DNA of 64,000 nucleotides, from assembly GCF_026210795.1 (NCBI RefSeq), contig NC_089432.1, forward strand, positions 5,642,001 to 5,706,000, read 5' to 3'. Made by a program: the position numbers and the translations under genes. Positions 28,956-45,853 of the stretch are shown one piece after another. The notes below the pieces were generated by a model. The model was given only the letters and a program-made list of their open reading frames with translations. It had not been told where the DNA came from and did not search any database. The stretch comes from Rhizophagus irregularis (Eukaryota). Position 1 is the first letter of the stretch, and every line of letters starts with the position of its first letter.

Positions 28956-29444
28956 GGTGAAAGTAAAAAATTAAGAGAAAGAGAAAGAAAAGAGAGATGA
29001 GAGAAAAAATTCAAAATTTAAACTTTTATAGCTTAAAATCAGTCGAATTAAGCTTTTTTCTTATAAGCTTAATTACAATCAAATTATCATGATATTGTAT
29101 TTACCGTCGATTTCTTAAAAAATTTTTAACAATTAAATTTATCCTTTAAATGATTAAATGATCTTTTTTATTCTTTTGATTATACGACGAATTTCTTATA
29201 TTGTTCTTTAAAAAAGGATCTAATTTAACTCCTATGTATTACTTAGATTATATGGCGAATTTTTTATATTGTTCTTTAAAAAATAATTTTAATTGAATAA
29301 TTGAAAACATATTATGGCGATTTATAATGTGAAATTGAATTTGTTCGATTTGTAGCGCAGCAGGAATTTACTTTTTAAAAAGAATTAAATTGACATTATT
29401 TAAAAATATATTGAGATAAATATTGTAAATTTTTATTTCATAAA

Positions 29445-32400
29445 ATGAGTAGACGAAAGAGATCAGTTTCTGCTTTACTTAGCAATGATGAAGAATCAAT
29501 TACAGCTCGCTCTTCTCGTAAAAGTAGAGCGATCTCTAGAGCAATTGATGAAGAATCTGAAAAATCTACTTCGATTATACATACACATGACAGAAGAATG
29601 GTTTCTTGCAATTGTTCTAAATGTAACAGAAAAATAGTAGATATTCGTACAAAATTGAACCATGAGGCTGATCGAGATTCGGATGATGACCAAGATTCAG
29701 AAGTTGTTCAAGATTATAGTAATCCTTTACCATCATCATTTGAAGATTATAGTAATCCTTTACCATCATCATCTAAAGATTATAGTAATCTTTTACCAGA
29801 AGACCCAGTATCGTCTGACGAAGATTCAGATAATAATTGGAACGTAATTTAACGAATGAAAATGGAGGAAATAGACGACTTATCAACTGATTTACTTTGT
29901 CGACAACATTTGAGAAGATACGCAAATCAACAAGCAACAATTACCGAAGAAGAAATTCCTCCAGAATTATTCATAACTGATGAAGAATCAAGCGAAACTG
30001 ATGAAGAATCGAATGAAACTGACGAAGAATCAAATGAAAGTGAAATCAATAACGGCAATAATAATGATTATGAGTATACTGAAATTTTGAGAATTATGCC
30101 CCACCTGTTTATGAGCAATTTCAAGATCGAATTAGTCCAGACACAAATGCCAATAGACAATTTTTGTGGATTTTGCTGTGGATAATGAGCTTTCGCAAAA
30201 GATTTAATATTCCAGAAACAGCAACAGAAGCGCTTATTCAATTCATAAAGCTGTTATTGATAGAAATTGGCGGTTTTAATTTTGAAGAATTTCCTGGCTT
30301 TTTATACTTAGCAAGAAATGTTCTTGGGCTAAAAGATCAATATCATAACTTTGCGGCATGTCTGAAATGCCACAAATTATATAATAAAAAGGAAGTAGAA
30401 GAATTTCAGCAAAATAAAAATCTTACAGTTATGAAGTGTAGTCATGTCGAATTTCCTAATTCAACATCCAGGAGATTAAAATAATGCCAGACGCCTTTAG
30501 CAGAAAGATTAACGTTATTACATGGCCGTATTAAAATTCGATCTGAGAAGATATTTCCATTTACTAGTATCAGAAATTAATTAGCATCAATGTATTGCCA
30601 GCCGGGATTTGAAAAAAATTTACGTCACTGGTCTGAACACAAACGATTTGACAATATTTTAACTGATATCTATGACGGTCAGGTCTGGAAAAATTTTAAA
30701 GAAACAAGCAATGAAAATTCGGCGAAATTTTTTCGAACTGAAGTGGCTGATTCTAATCTTGGTTTAATGTTGAATCTTGATTGGTTTCAACCATATGATG
30801 GTGTTATCCATAGTACCGGAGTAATATATGCCGCAATTTGTAATCTACCACAGGATATGCGGTTTAAACGTGAAAATATGTTGGTTCTTGGTTTGTTGCC
30901 CAGTCTAAACGAAGTGAGTCTCCACTAAATTAACCATTATTTGGCGTCAATTGTCAACGAATTAGTGTTACTTTGGGACGGAGTGACGTTTAATAACACT
31001 TTTGAGTACCAAGAACCAAGAAAAATTTGAGCGGCACTGATACTTGTTTTGTGTGACATTTCCATGGCAAGAAAAATATGTGGGCATATTTCAGTCCTTT
31101 CATCATGTTATAGATGTGAGAAGAAAGCAAATTACGAAAATCATAAATATAATTTCGCTGGAATGGATAATATGAGTGAATGGTTCATCAATCGAAATTC
31201 AGCACAATTTTGCGAGAATGCCCTTGGATGGCGTCGCTGCAATTCAAATGCTGCAAGGAATCACTTTGTAAAAACTACTGGCGTAAGGTGGTCTGAATTG
31301 CTGAGATTGCCATATTTCGACCCAATTCAGTTTTTATCAATTGATTCAATGCACTGCCTATTCTTAGGTATTGCAAAGTGGATTGTTAAGCGGATTTGGG
31401 TTGATGAAAATATATTAAAACCGGAAACTCTAAAAGAAATTCAAAAGAAAATGAATCAATTCCAAGTACCAGCTGACATAGGTAGGATCCCGGGAAAGGT
31501 GAAATATGGCGAAGGTTTTGCGAATTTTACAGCCGATCAGTGGCGAATATTTTTTAACATTTATGCCACAGTGTCACTTTGAAAACACCTTCCTGGCATA
31601 GATAAGAAGATTATTACACGTTTTGTAAGAATTTGCTCGATTTTGGTAGAACGAATTGTTCAATCCAATTTAATGGATGAAGCTCACCAAAATTGGTTGA
31701 AATTGTAAAAATAATTGAGCAAAATTACGGTCAAGATATGATAACTCCGAACCTTCACCTTTCGCTCCATTTATACGAATGTGCAAAAGATTTTGAGCCT
31801 CTTTACGCTTTTTGGTGTTTTTCGTTCGAGCGCATAAATGGCATACTAGGTAAGATGCTGACATTTAAAAATATCCTTTTTCTTCTAAAATTAATTTTAA
31901 ATTACATTCCTTTATTTATTTTTTAGGTTCTTTGCCTAATAGCCATTGGAAAATTGAACCAGAGCTCATGTGCCGAATTATGAACGATAAACAAATTAAT
32001 AATATTGTTAGTTCTGGAATAGTTGATACAAAAGGTCTCGATATACTTGATACCAGACCTTCAGTCAGTTCAATTTCAGAACTCGACGAATTTACTTCAG
32101 TTGAAATGGAGCGATATTTGCTATACTCGCAAAATATTAAAGAATCTCTGATTGCTGGATGCGAAGCATTTCCAGGAGAAATGCTAGGCCCTTCCTTGGA
32201 AAAAGTTATAATGTCAAGTGAAATGCTTGACATAATGGTAGATTATTATAATGCGACCTACCCAGCAAATAACTTCTGAAAACCATTTGAAGAAGGACCC
32301 AAAGATTCAATTATTATTCGTGTCAGAATGAATCAATTCGGAAGATGCAGAATTAGTTCTGAAATATTCGGCTCAAAAATGTCGTCTCGTCATGTAAAAA

Positions 32401-32774
32401 GTTCATTTGTTACGGCAAAATTTATAACGATTGACAATGATGTTGACGTTTACCCTGGTCAAGTTCAATATTATTTTATTCATACAGTTGACCTTCCGAA
32501 TGGTCCTGCTGAGCATTTTTTGGCTTATGTCCGATGGTATAAACATGCAGGCTCTAGAAATATTCGATATTATTTCAGTAGTGATAATGACATTAATACT
32601 TGTAATGTTGAGCTATGGTGTGCCAAATTTTATCAAGAGTCACGTGACTGTATTATTCTGATTCATCATATTTTTAGTCGATTTATTCCAATAAATTACC
32701 AAATTTCAGATCAAAGGAATGCAAGAGAGTATTTAGCCGTAAATCAAATAAATAGAAAATACTATATTCGCTAA
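29445..32774 (+). pseudogene. CACTA transposase (Transposase_21/Tnp2-like); intron 31850-31926
   Basis: DIYDGQVWK, LMLNLDWFQP, ICNLP..RFKREN, CDI...RKICGH, GVRWSELLRLPYFDP..IDSMHCLFLG, TPNLHLSLH, FWCFSFERING.LG. At least 7 premature stops or frameshifts. Confidence 0.92.
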
Positions 32775-33503
32775 TAGATTCTTATTTGTCAATTTATAGA
32801 TTAAAACTGGATTTATTATGATTTATTCGGATTTATTAGTATTTGATCGAGTTTGGGAGGATAAGAATTAACTTTAACAATTTTATCATATGCTAATTTT
32901 AAATTAAATGTCAAATTTATTATGATTTATTATATTTATTATAATTTATCCAGATTTATTGGGTTTGGGAGGATAAGAATTAACTTTAATTAAAGTTCAA
33001 ATGCCGAAAATGCCGAAATTAGGCTGAAACTCGGTCTTAATTTTGGCCAAAATTAAAATTCAGCCGAAATTAATGATTTTATCATATGCTAATTTTAAAT
33101 TAAATGTCAAATTTTTATTGCCATAAATCAGAAATGCCGAATTGTGTAAATTGTCTGATTGTTATAAATCGGAAATGCCGAATTGTGTAAATTTTCTGAT
33201 TGTTATAAATCGGAAATGCCGAATTGTGTAAATTTTCTGAATTTTAGCTGAATTTAGTTTGATTTTCAGCTGATTTATCACATGTCTGATTTGCCTTATT
33301 TCGACTAGTGGAAGTAAATATCAACAAATAATAATTCTATTTCAAACCTTATTATTTTTAAAAAATTTTGTTATATTTTATCAGCATTAATATTTTACAT
33401 TTAAATTTCTTGTAAAGTATTATTAATTAAGTAATATAACTGATGATTTTCAAATTCCATTATATCATGTATTACAAATTTTCCTTTAATCTTACTATTT
33501 ATA

Positions 33504-33821
33504 GGATATGGCTAAAGTGAAGCTAATGTAGCTCAAAAAATTTTCTGGATTTCCTTGATGTGGCATGTATGATAAAATATTTACCTGTGGCGTTCAGCTG
33601 GCTTAACATTGAGCTGTGATTGAGCTTAAAGAGTCCTTCGTGAGTATGGCGAGTGCTCGCATAAGCTACACAGCTGCAAAAAACTGGTCCTGCTATATCA
33701 CAGTGACACTATTATGACGGCTGAGTTATAGTGGTAAATATTTTCCTGCTATGTGCTATCAGAAGAATCCAGTACAAAATTTTTTGAGCCACTGCAGTCC
33801 TACCCCACTTTAGCTGTACTC
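33504..33821. mobile_element. 318-bp MITE with 8-10 bp TSD (Merlin- or MULE-like)
   Basis: Direct repeat (C)TATTTATA(G) on both flanks. TIR GGATATGGCTAAAGTG / CACTTTAGCTGTACTC. Second inner inverted pair GCTCAAAAAATTTT/AAAATTTTTTGAGC. Confidence 0.75.
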
Positions 33822-34245
33822 TATTTATAGTAGTTCTACTAAAAAATTGTTATTATTATTAGTATTAAGGTAAAAAGAGTTAAAGAAACAGTAAAAGGAG
33901 TAAAAGAAACATGGATATTATCGTTAGTATTAAAGTACAAGTAAAAAGGAATAAAGAAAACATAGATAGTATTGTTAGTATTACGACATAAAGAATTGAA
34001 TTTAAATAAAAATAAAAAATAAAAGTAAAAAATTTGTTTAGTGATATAATTAATACAATTATTATATATAATATATATATCTGATTATAGTTTTGAAGTA
34101 GAAAAAAATTGCAATTCTAAATTTTTTTTCTTTAATAAGTTTTGCAAAATTCTGAAATATATTAAAAAAAAACATGTATATAAAAAGTCTTCTTTTCTAT
34201 ATAAATCTATTTGTAATTTTGAATTTATTTATCTTTGACTTAGAT

Positions 34246-34806
34246 TAGAGTTCTGAACAAGTTGACCAAATTCAGGTAACCTGACAGATTGACTTGAATT
34301 TATCAGGTCAGGTTTAGCAATTGCAATTCAGTATCAATTCTGGTTATAACATTAATATAATCTAAATGACCTGTTGACCTGAAACTATGATTTTATATAA
34401 GTAAATTATGGTATTATAATTCACTTTTTATATTGATTTTATATATAAAAAGTGAATTGCGGTATCAGAATTCACTTTTTTATATTGATTTTATATATAA
34501 AAAGTGAATTGCAGTATCAGAATTTACTTTTTTATATTGATTTTATATAAAAAAAGTTAGTTACAATATTGTGATTTACCTTTTTATACAATTTTAATAT
34601 AAAAAAGTGAATTGCAATATTTTTAAAAAAAATGTTTTGCACCATTTTTTTTTGATATTTTAATAAAAATCCCAAAAATTTTCAGGTTTCAGTTCAGGTC
34701 AGATCAAACAGATAATCTGATATAACTTGACCTGACCTGACCTGAAAAAAATTTCAGGTCAGGTTTATTAATTAATCTGACTTGACCTGACCCATTCAGA
34801 ACTCTA
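34246..34806. mobile_element. hAT-type MITE family A, copy 2
   Basis: TIR TAGAGTTCTGAA/TTCAGAACTCTA. TSD acttagat/atttagat. Confidence 0.88.
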
Positions 34807-36691
34807 ATTTAGATTATAGAATAATTTAACTCATTATTTTACTTTATTTTCAAAATTATTAATTTCAGAATTTATTAGATTAGGATATTTTAAAACCAAA
34901 TATAAATTATAAAAATCAAGCTATAGTTTTTGAATATTTTTACCATGTTTTCTTAAAATAAAATTAACAATAGGAAAATGTTGTAAAACCTTTTTCTTAT
35001 CAGGTCCTGTTAATGAAATCCAATTCTATTTATTATTATTTGATCTTGATTTAAAAAATTCAAAATGAATTTTAATTAATTTTATGGTTTATTTAATTCA
35101 ATTTTTATTTTTTATTCAAATTCCTTTTTTTTTTAAATAAATTATTAAAAAAATATTTTATTATTAATGCATCTGAAATGCATAATAATAGATATAACTT
35201 ATTTAAAATATAATTTTTTTTATTTAATAACTGAAAATAATGATGGTTTTTTTTAATTTATTAGAATTTTACAATTAGAATAAAATTAATTTAATAAAAA
35301 TTATTTTTAATAAGTTTACATTTACATTTTATATTTTTATTAATTGGCTAATATAAATTCATATTCCAGTAATTACTTGCTTTACAATTACAATATAAAT
35401 AAAAATATTTTGAATTTGGAATACTTAATTCCATTATATTATACATAAATTTTATTAACCAATATATATTATTAACAGAAATCCTATTTTCTTGAAAATC
35501 TTGAAGTTGATATTTAAATAGATTTCCAATTTTAACCAATATTTCATATCTTTTTTTACCTATATAAAGATAAATACTAATTTACTATTTAATAATAAAT
35601 ACTCTAAAAAATTTATAAAATTTAATACTACTATATTGATGGTCTGGTTTTAATACTTCATTTTTTTTATTTAATAAACAAAGAGTTATCATTACAGTTT
35701 ACAGTCCACATTTCTTTCATCTTCACTAAACTTCAAATAAATTGTATTTGAAGAATTGGCAAGTTTGATCTGCTTCAAATAGGAATAAATATTCTAGGAA
35801 AATTTTTAATAAATCAATAAATACTATTACCAATTTTTTATTATCAATCATGATTCCAATAGGATTATCTTAATATTTGTTATTATTATTAAGTATGGGT
35901 TGTTAATTTTAAAGATGCTTGCCAAAACTATTTTTTTAAAATTTTAGTATAGTCAAAATTCAATCTGAAACTATTTTTTTAATAAAATTAGTTGCTTAAA
36001 CTGTTTTTCCTTTTGTTTTGCTTGATAAATAATTAGTTTTACTTTTATTTTTTAATAAAGTTTGAACTATACTCTATTAATTCTTAAAAAAAAATTTTAA
36101 AATAATAGGATTGTAATACTACTTATTATTGTCTACTGGTACTGGTATTTCTTATTTTTATTTATAATAAACAAATAATTATATGGACCAAAAATAAGTA
36201 TCTTGTTATGGACTTGGAATATTTAAGTTTTTGATGCCTCATTATAACAGAACTTAAATATCTCTTATACAATTTATAAAGTTCCAAAAGTAACATAATA
36301 ACTTGGTTATATTGATGTTCACTGAACTATATTTCTTATAAATATGGGTATGTAGGATAAAGAATTTCTAAACTCTTTGCAAACTCTAATGTGAATTATA
36401 AAATTAATATTCAAATAATAAAAATTTGTTTACAAAAACTGGAAAATTAAAATATTAATTCTATTTTAAAATATATGATAATTTTATTTTCGATAGCTTT
36501 GTAAAACCATAGAATAAAAAAACTAATATCAAAATAATTTAATTGATTCAATTAAAATTCGATTAACATATTCTTAACAAGCATCTGATAAAAACAGTTT
36601 ATTTAAGGCTAACTATTCAATTAAAAATTTTGAAAATTTTAACACTAAATTTGTATAGTTTATTTTTAAAAATATGACCCGAAATGACCGC

Positions 36692-40691
<4,000 letters not shown>

Positions 40692-40755
40692 ATTTTTGTG
40701 AAAGAATGAACAATAAGGAAATACACGAGAAATTACAAATTTTCAATTTTTAAGG

Positions 40756-40916
40756 AGACGCGCATTTTCTATACTATCTTGGCAGTCCTATAAGTCCGAT
40801 ATTGTCCCTATTGGATTGTCATTTCAAATAAAACGTGTCAAGTCACAAAAATAGTATATGAACAGGAGATATTAAGTATACAAAGATTTATAAACGATTA
40901 TCAATTTTTTCGCGTT
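40756..40916. promoter_or_regulatory. MCB/E2F-like CGCG elements upstream of MCM6
   Basis: GACGCGC at ~40757 and TTTTCGCGTT at ~40907 in CpG-poor DNA, 65-220 bp upstream of the MCM6 ATG. Confidence 0.4.
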
Positions 40917-41542
40917 TATGGCGTAGCATTATTTTAATGTAATCTAGGCTTAACTAGCCGATCAAATCTTCCCGTCAAAAAATAATATAAATTTTTTTCT
41001 GAATAAATACTGGCTGTGCCGCTTCGCCCTTCGGTTCCGATTTTATCAATTCAACCGAAATATTTTCCGGAAATATTTCAGAATTTAATTTTTTTAACGT
41101 TCGTAAAAGATTCATTATTAAAAAATTCATATTTAATGTGAAAACGCAATCACTACTAAAAAAAATTCACTCATTTGACCTAATTGATCTGCGATCTATT
41201 ATTATTTATTGATTATCAAATTTACTAAAATTTTCGTGAACTTAATAATCGGTTTGTTTTAAAATATCTAATCGATCTATATAAAGAAAGCGGAAATCCA
41301 AAAATAGATTACCAAAGCCTATCTTTTGAATTTGTGCGACTAACCTCGATTGATAAAGCCTCTTTCATTTAGATTTATAGGCTGAATAACTTCAAAAATT
41401 TCATTTATTAAATTTTTACGCCGTCTCGTTCCTTATTTTTTTCTTTTTTCTTTTTTAACACTTTTAGAATTTTATAAATTGATTTTATTTAATTTGTTTT
41501 TTTTAAAGACTTTTTAATAAACACGATATTAAAACGTATGAA

Positions 41543-42518
41543 ATGGCGCATTCTCAAGGGTATAACGCTAGCGGTCAATTTCTAGAAGAAGCTTCTGCAA
41601 TTGATCAAGGAATTAAGAAAATTCAAGATAATATCGGACGTATTCAAATGTTGCAAACATATATTATAGTTAGTACCTCAGACCAGCAAGCAGATACACA
41701 TAGAAAAGAACGTGAAGGTCTCATGACTGAAACAAAGAATTTATTATTTGAGTTAAAGGATCGAATTAAAAAAATCCAATATGAAAATGCTCGATTACCT
41801 AAAAATGATCTCAACTTAAACATTCGTAAACAAAGACATGAAGTTCTCCATGAAAAGTTTACCAACGTACTTGAAGAATATCGAAACGTTGAGGATGAAT
41901 ATATGAGACACCAAAAAGATCGAATGGCCCGTCAATACAGGGTGGTTAATCCTGAAGCGAATCAACAAGAAATAGATGATTATTTGGCCAATCCTTCTGG
42001 TCAATCAGTATTTCAACAAGCAGTAATACGCACCGGTGAAGCTAAAGCCGCGTTAGCAGAAGTTCAAAAACGACATGGAGATATTAAACAAATTGAACAA
42101 ACCATTTCAGAGTTAGCATCTCTTTTTAGTGAAATGCAATTGCAGGTAGAAGAACAAGATCCTGTATTAGCATCTGTTGAGGAAGATGTGACTGAAACTC
42201 TGGTAAAAATTGAAAAAGGTAATATATTTTTTTAATATTGAATTTATGAGAATTTAAATTTTAATTAAACCTTTTATAAAAATAGCCGGCGATGCACTGA
42301 CTCACGCAAATAAAGACGCAATAAAAGCTAGGAAGAAAAAGTGGATTTTACTTGGAATCATATCTTTTATTGTTTTTATTATAGTAGTTATAATCATTTT
42401 TCAATTCAGGCATAAGTCTTCTGATTCTAGTGCACCACCTGCTACAACTACAACTATAACTGCTACATCTAATACGCTTGCCACACCTACACCTACATCT
42501 ACCTTATCACCACCTTAA
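41543..42518 (+). CDS. Plasma-membrane-type syntaxin (Sso1/2-like Qa-SNARE); intron 42219-42285
   Basis: Habc helices, RQYRVVNPEA, ALAEVQKRHGDIKQIEQTISELASLFSEM...VEEQ SNARE motif, KARKKKW plus a TM helix, then a Thr/Pro-rich tail. Confidence 0.92.
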
Positions 42519-43638
42519 CAGATTAAAATTATATAATTATGTGTAAGATAATGTAATTAATAATTATGTATCGTTAAATTATTAAGTTTATCTATAGCTT
42601 ATATATATTTTTGTATATACTATAAATGAACAATTTATAAATATTATTATAATTAAAATATTGTAAATTTCTTTTATTCATGGATAAAGTCATCATTTTA
42701 TTTGCATGCTAAATTTATAGTGTCCGAATATGCAATTTCTCTTTTAACTGTCTTATTGATGACTAAAGTTACATTTTCGATGGGTTAATTTCAAAATATT
42801 TCCAATCCTTTTTTTGAAAGTTATACGCAATGAATATTAGAAGAGAGTACTAGTTACTATAAATATTTACTAATGTTACCCGTTATGTAAATGAAGTCCG
42901 GAGAAAAGATCTTAAACTAATTAAGATTATTGTGCAATGACGGGAACCAATCAACATCGACTCAATTGTCGGAAGTTAAAAACTTTATACAAGCTTCATT
43001 TTCATTGTCTTTTAAAATTAAATCATTTAAAACGATCTCATCTTATATATAAAAATAAATCAAATAGCCATGAATAATTTAATTAAGATAAATTATTAGG
43101 ATTCAGTTCTGGGGAAATCAAATTTGTGTCAAAAAAACTTTCCAAGTTGACCGACATTAATAAAAATGTGTGGCTTATGTGATAATCATTGTGTCGTCAA
43201 ATGGTTTCATTGTTTTTAATCTATTAGTCACGGGTTTTTAGATGCTTTATTATATAATTTTTTTTAAAAAAATAAAATGGCGGTATTACCAATATATCAC
43301 CTAATCATTAAACTTTCTCTTGACGTTAAAGATTAGGTAATGAATTATTCTAAATTTGGAAAATAATTTCATTTCTATTATTATTTAAAATAAAACATAA
43401 TTTCTACTCCCCACAAAATGCATTTCAAATGGATTTGTTTAATTCTACAATCTTTCATTGCAGATTGCCAATATTAATTATTTAGAAAGTTTAGGATTAT
43501 TTTTTTCTTTACATAAATTTATATATTTTTTTTAAAAAAAAAATATTTATCTTAAGGGAGTGGTGTGCTTTATTTTAGGAAATTACACATATTATATATA
43601 TAATTTAACTGATCTAGGCCATCCACCCATCCTGTAGA

Positions 43639-44717
43639 TAGTGCTTCGACCCGGATGAAAACCGTCATCCGGATTACACAAAAAAAAAATCCGGATTATA
43701 TCCGGATTGACCCGGATTTTGAATCCGGATCAGATAATCCGGATAGAAACCGGAAACCGGATTGGATTTACAAATGATCGGCAATAATTCTGGCCAGAAT
43801 TCATAACGCCGGCCAGAATTACAAATTGTGTAACATTAAATTTTCATGCAAAAATTTTTTGCCCGGTGGCTAAACTATTTTTCCGGTGTCACGTGATGTT
43901 AATTTCGGCCAGAATTACAAATTTGGCCAAAATTATCCAAGACCACGAAATTTACATAATTCCAATTTCATTAAATACTTTTATTTAAAACAATTTCATA
44001 TTATTTCAGCATTGTCTCAGACTATTGTTTAACATTTCTTTGTAAATTAACTAATTATGAAATTTTAAACAAGATATTTTTATATACAGCTAAAGATTAC
44101 TATAAATAGATGTGTTGGGTTAGTAAGGCAATTTTTTAAGGATTTGTTTCTTCTTTCAAAAATTAAAGAATCATTTGAATCAAATTATATAACACTAGTT
44201 TTAATTTTTAAAAAAGTTGTTATAATTATATAAATTTATAATATTGAACAATTTTTCATTTAAAACAATAATTATTATTTTGTTGTAACAAAAATAATAT
44301 AAAGTTTTTTTTCTTTTGAACGTTTGAATGTGAAATCTAAAATTATTTGTTATTTGTTAATGTATAAATTTAAATAAACAAATCTGATACAAACTTCAAT
44401 AAATAAATTATAACTGAAAAATCTTCTTAAACTTACTGTATTAAAAAGTTTAATATAACAAATATAAATTTAATAAATTTTAATAAAAAAATTGGTATTA
44501 GGCGCAAAAATAATTAGCCATAATATCATTTAGATATAGATCAGCAAAATTATTATTAATAAAAAAAAAATAATAATAATTTCATCCGGATTCCGGGTCA
44601 AACCGGATATTTTTCATCCGGTTTATAATCCGGATGAAAACCGTGAAAATCCGGATATCCGAAAAAAAAAAAAATCCGGATCAATCCGGATTGATCCGGA
44701 TACGGGTCGAGGCACTA
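43639..44717. mobile_element. Non-autonomous hAT-type element (1079 bp)
   Basis: TIR TAGTGCTTCGACCCG / CGGGTCGAGGCACTA. Perfect TSD CCTGTAGA. Dense subterminal TCCGGA motifs at both ends. Confidence 0.93.
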
Positions 44718-45853
44718 CCTGTAGATATTTCTAGTTAAAGCATTAATATTATAAAGTTTAATCAAATTGAAACATTTAAACTTTGTATTATTTAAATAAT
44801 ACTGTAAATGTTTAATATATTAAAAATCTGATTTTTTTTTTATTTATTATTATATATATTAAGTATAATATGGATTTTTATTTGAGTTTTATATTCTAAT
44901 ACACTAAGTCCTTTTACTTATGACTTTACTGTAACCACTATATATTATACCTCTTATATAACTTTCTCCCTTAGTAATAAATTATAATGTTTTAATAAAA
45001 CAAATAAATAAATGTAAAATTTTATTACTGTATTTTTAATGAATATAAAATTAATCAGTAATATTTAATAAGAAATTATTTTCTAACTATTTATAGTTTA
45101 GATTAAAACTTTTGATTGTAGTTAGCAGTTAGCATAATAACTTATATTTAATCACAGTATATCAATTTATCGAGGTAAATTTAAATATTACTTAACCCAA
45201 TTATTAGATAATATTTGTAGGTGAGCAAATTTTTATCATTTGTACTACCGAGTGAACGATCAGCAACGTCTTTAAAAAATTAGTCTTTGTTTTAATTCCA
45301 AGCCATTATTACTTGATATTTTCCTTGTTATTTTGTTAAAACTTGTGAACTGAAAAGTTTCATATGTATAACACAGATAAATTGGTGGCGCCAAAAAATG
45401 ACTGCGGCTTAGCATTATAAATTCGCCAATTCTTTGTTTATCCGAGAATCTATTAGTTTTTGTTAAAAATAATTCTATCATAGGAAATAATATAAGAAGG
45501 TATGATCTCTATTAATAGCAGATGTATAATAGATCGGCCACTGAATTACCGCAGTTTGAGACGTCAAATGAATTTCTATGCTCATCTATACGTTGCTTAT
45601 AGTTACAATTTTTATCCGGATTTCTTTTTCTTGTAGAAAGTTTTCGCTATAAGTTCATTCAATAAAGTTTAAGGTGACAAAAGAGGTATTTCCTTCCCAT
45701 ACCCTTCCTACCCACCTCTATATTTTTTCCACTCACTCTCTTCCTCTTTTAAGAAAGCCCTGTCACCGATCTTTCAACAATTTTATTTAGAGGCCATCTT
45801 AATAAGTTCAACTAACTTTCTCAAAGACAATATTCATCAGCTTCGTTTCCATC

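Larger units (their letters stand above)
26196..33310. mobile_element. CACTA/EnSpm DNA transposon (7.1 kb), inactivated
   Basis: TIR CACTAGTCAAAAT / ATTTCGACTAGTG. Subterminal repeats (AATCAGATATA, ATGCCGAA). Internal Tnp2-type transposase and a divergent second ORF. The TSD is not clean. Confidence 0.9.
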
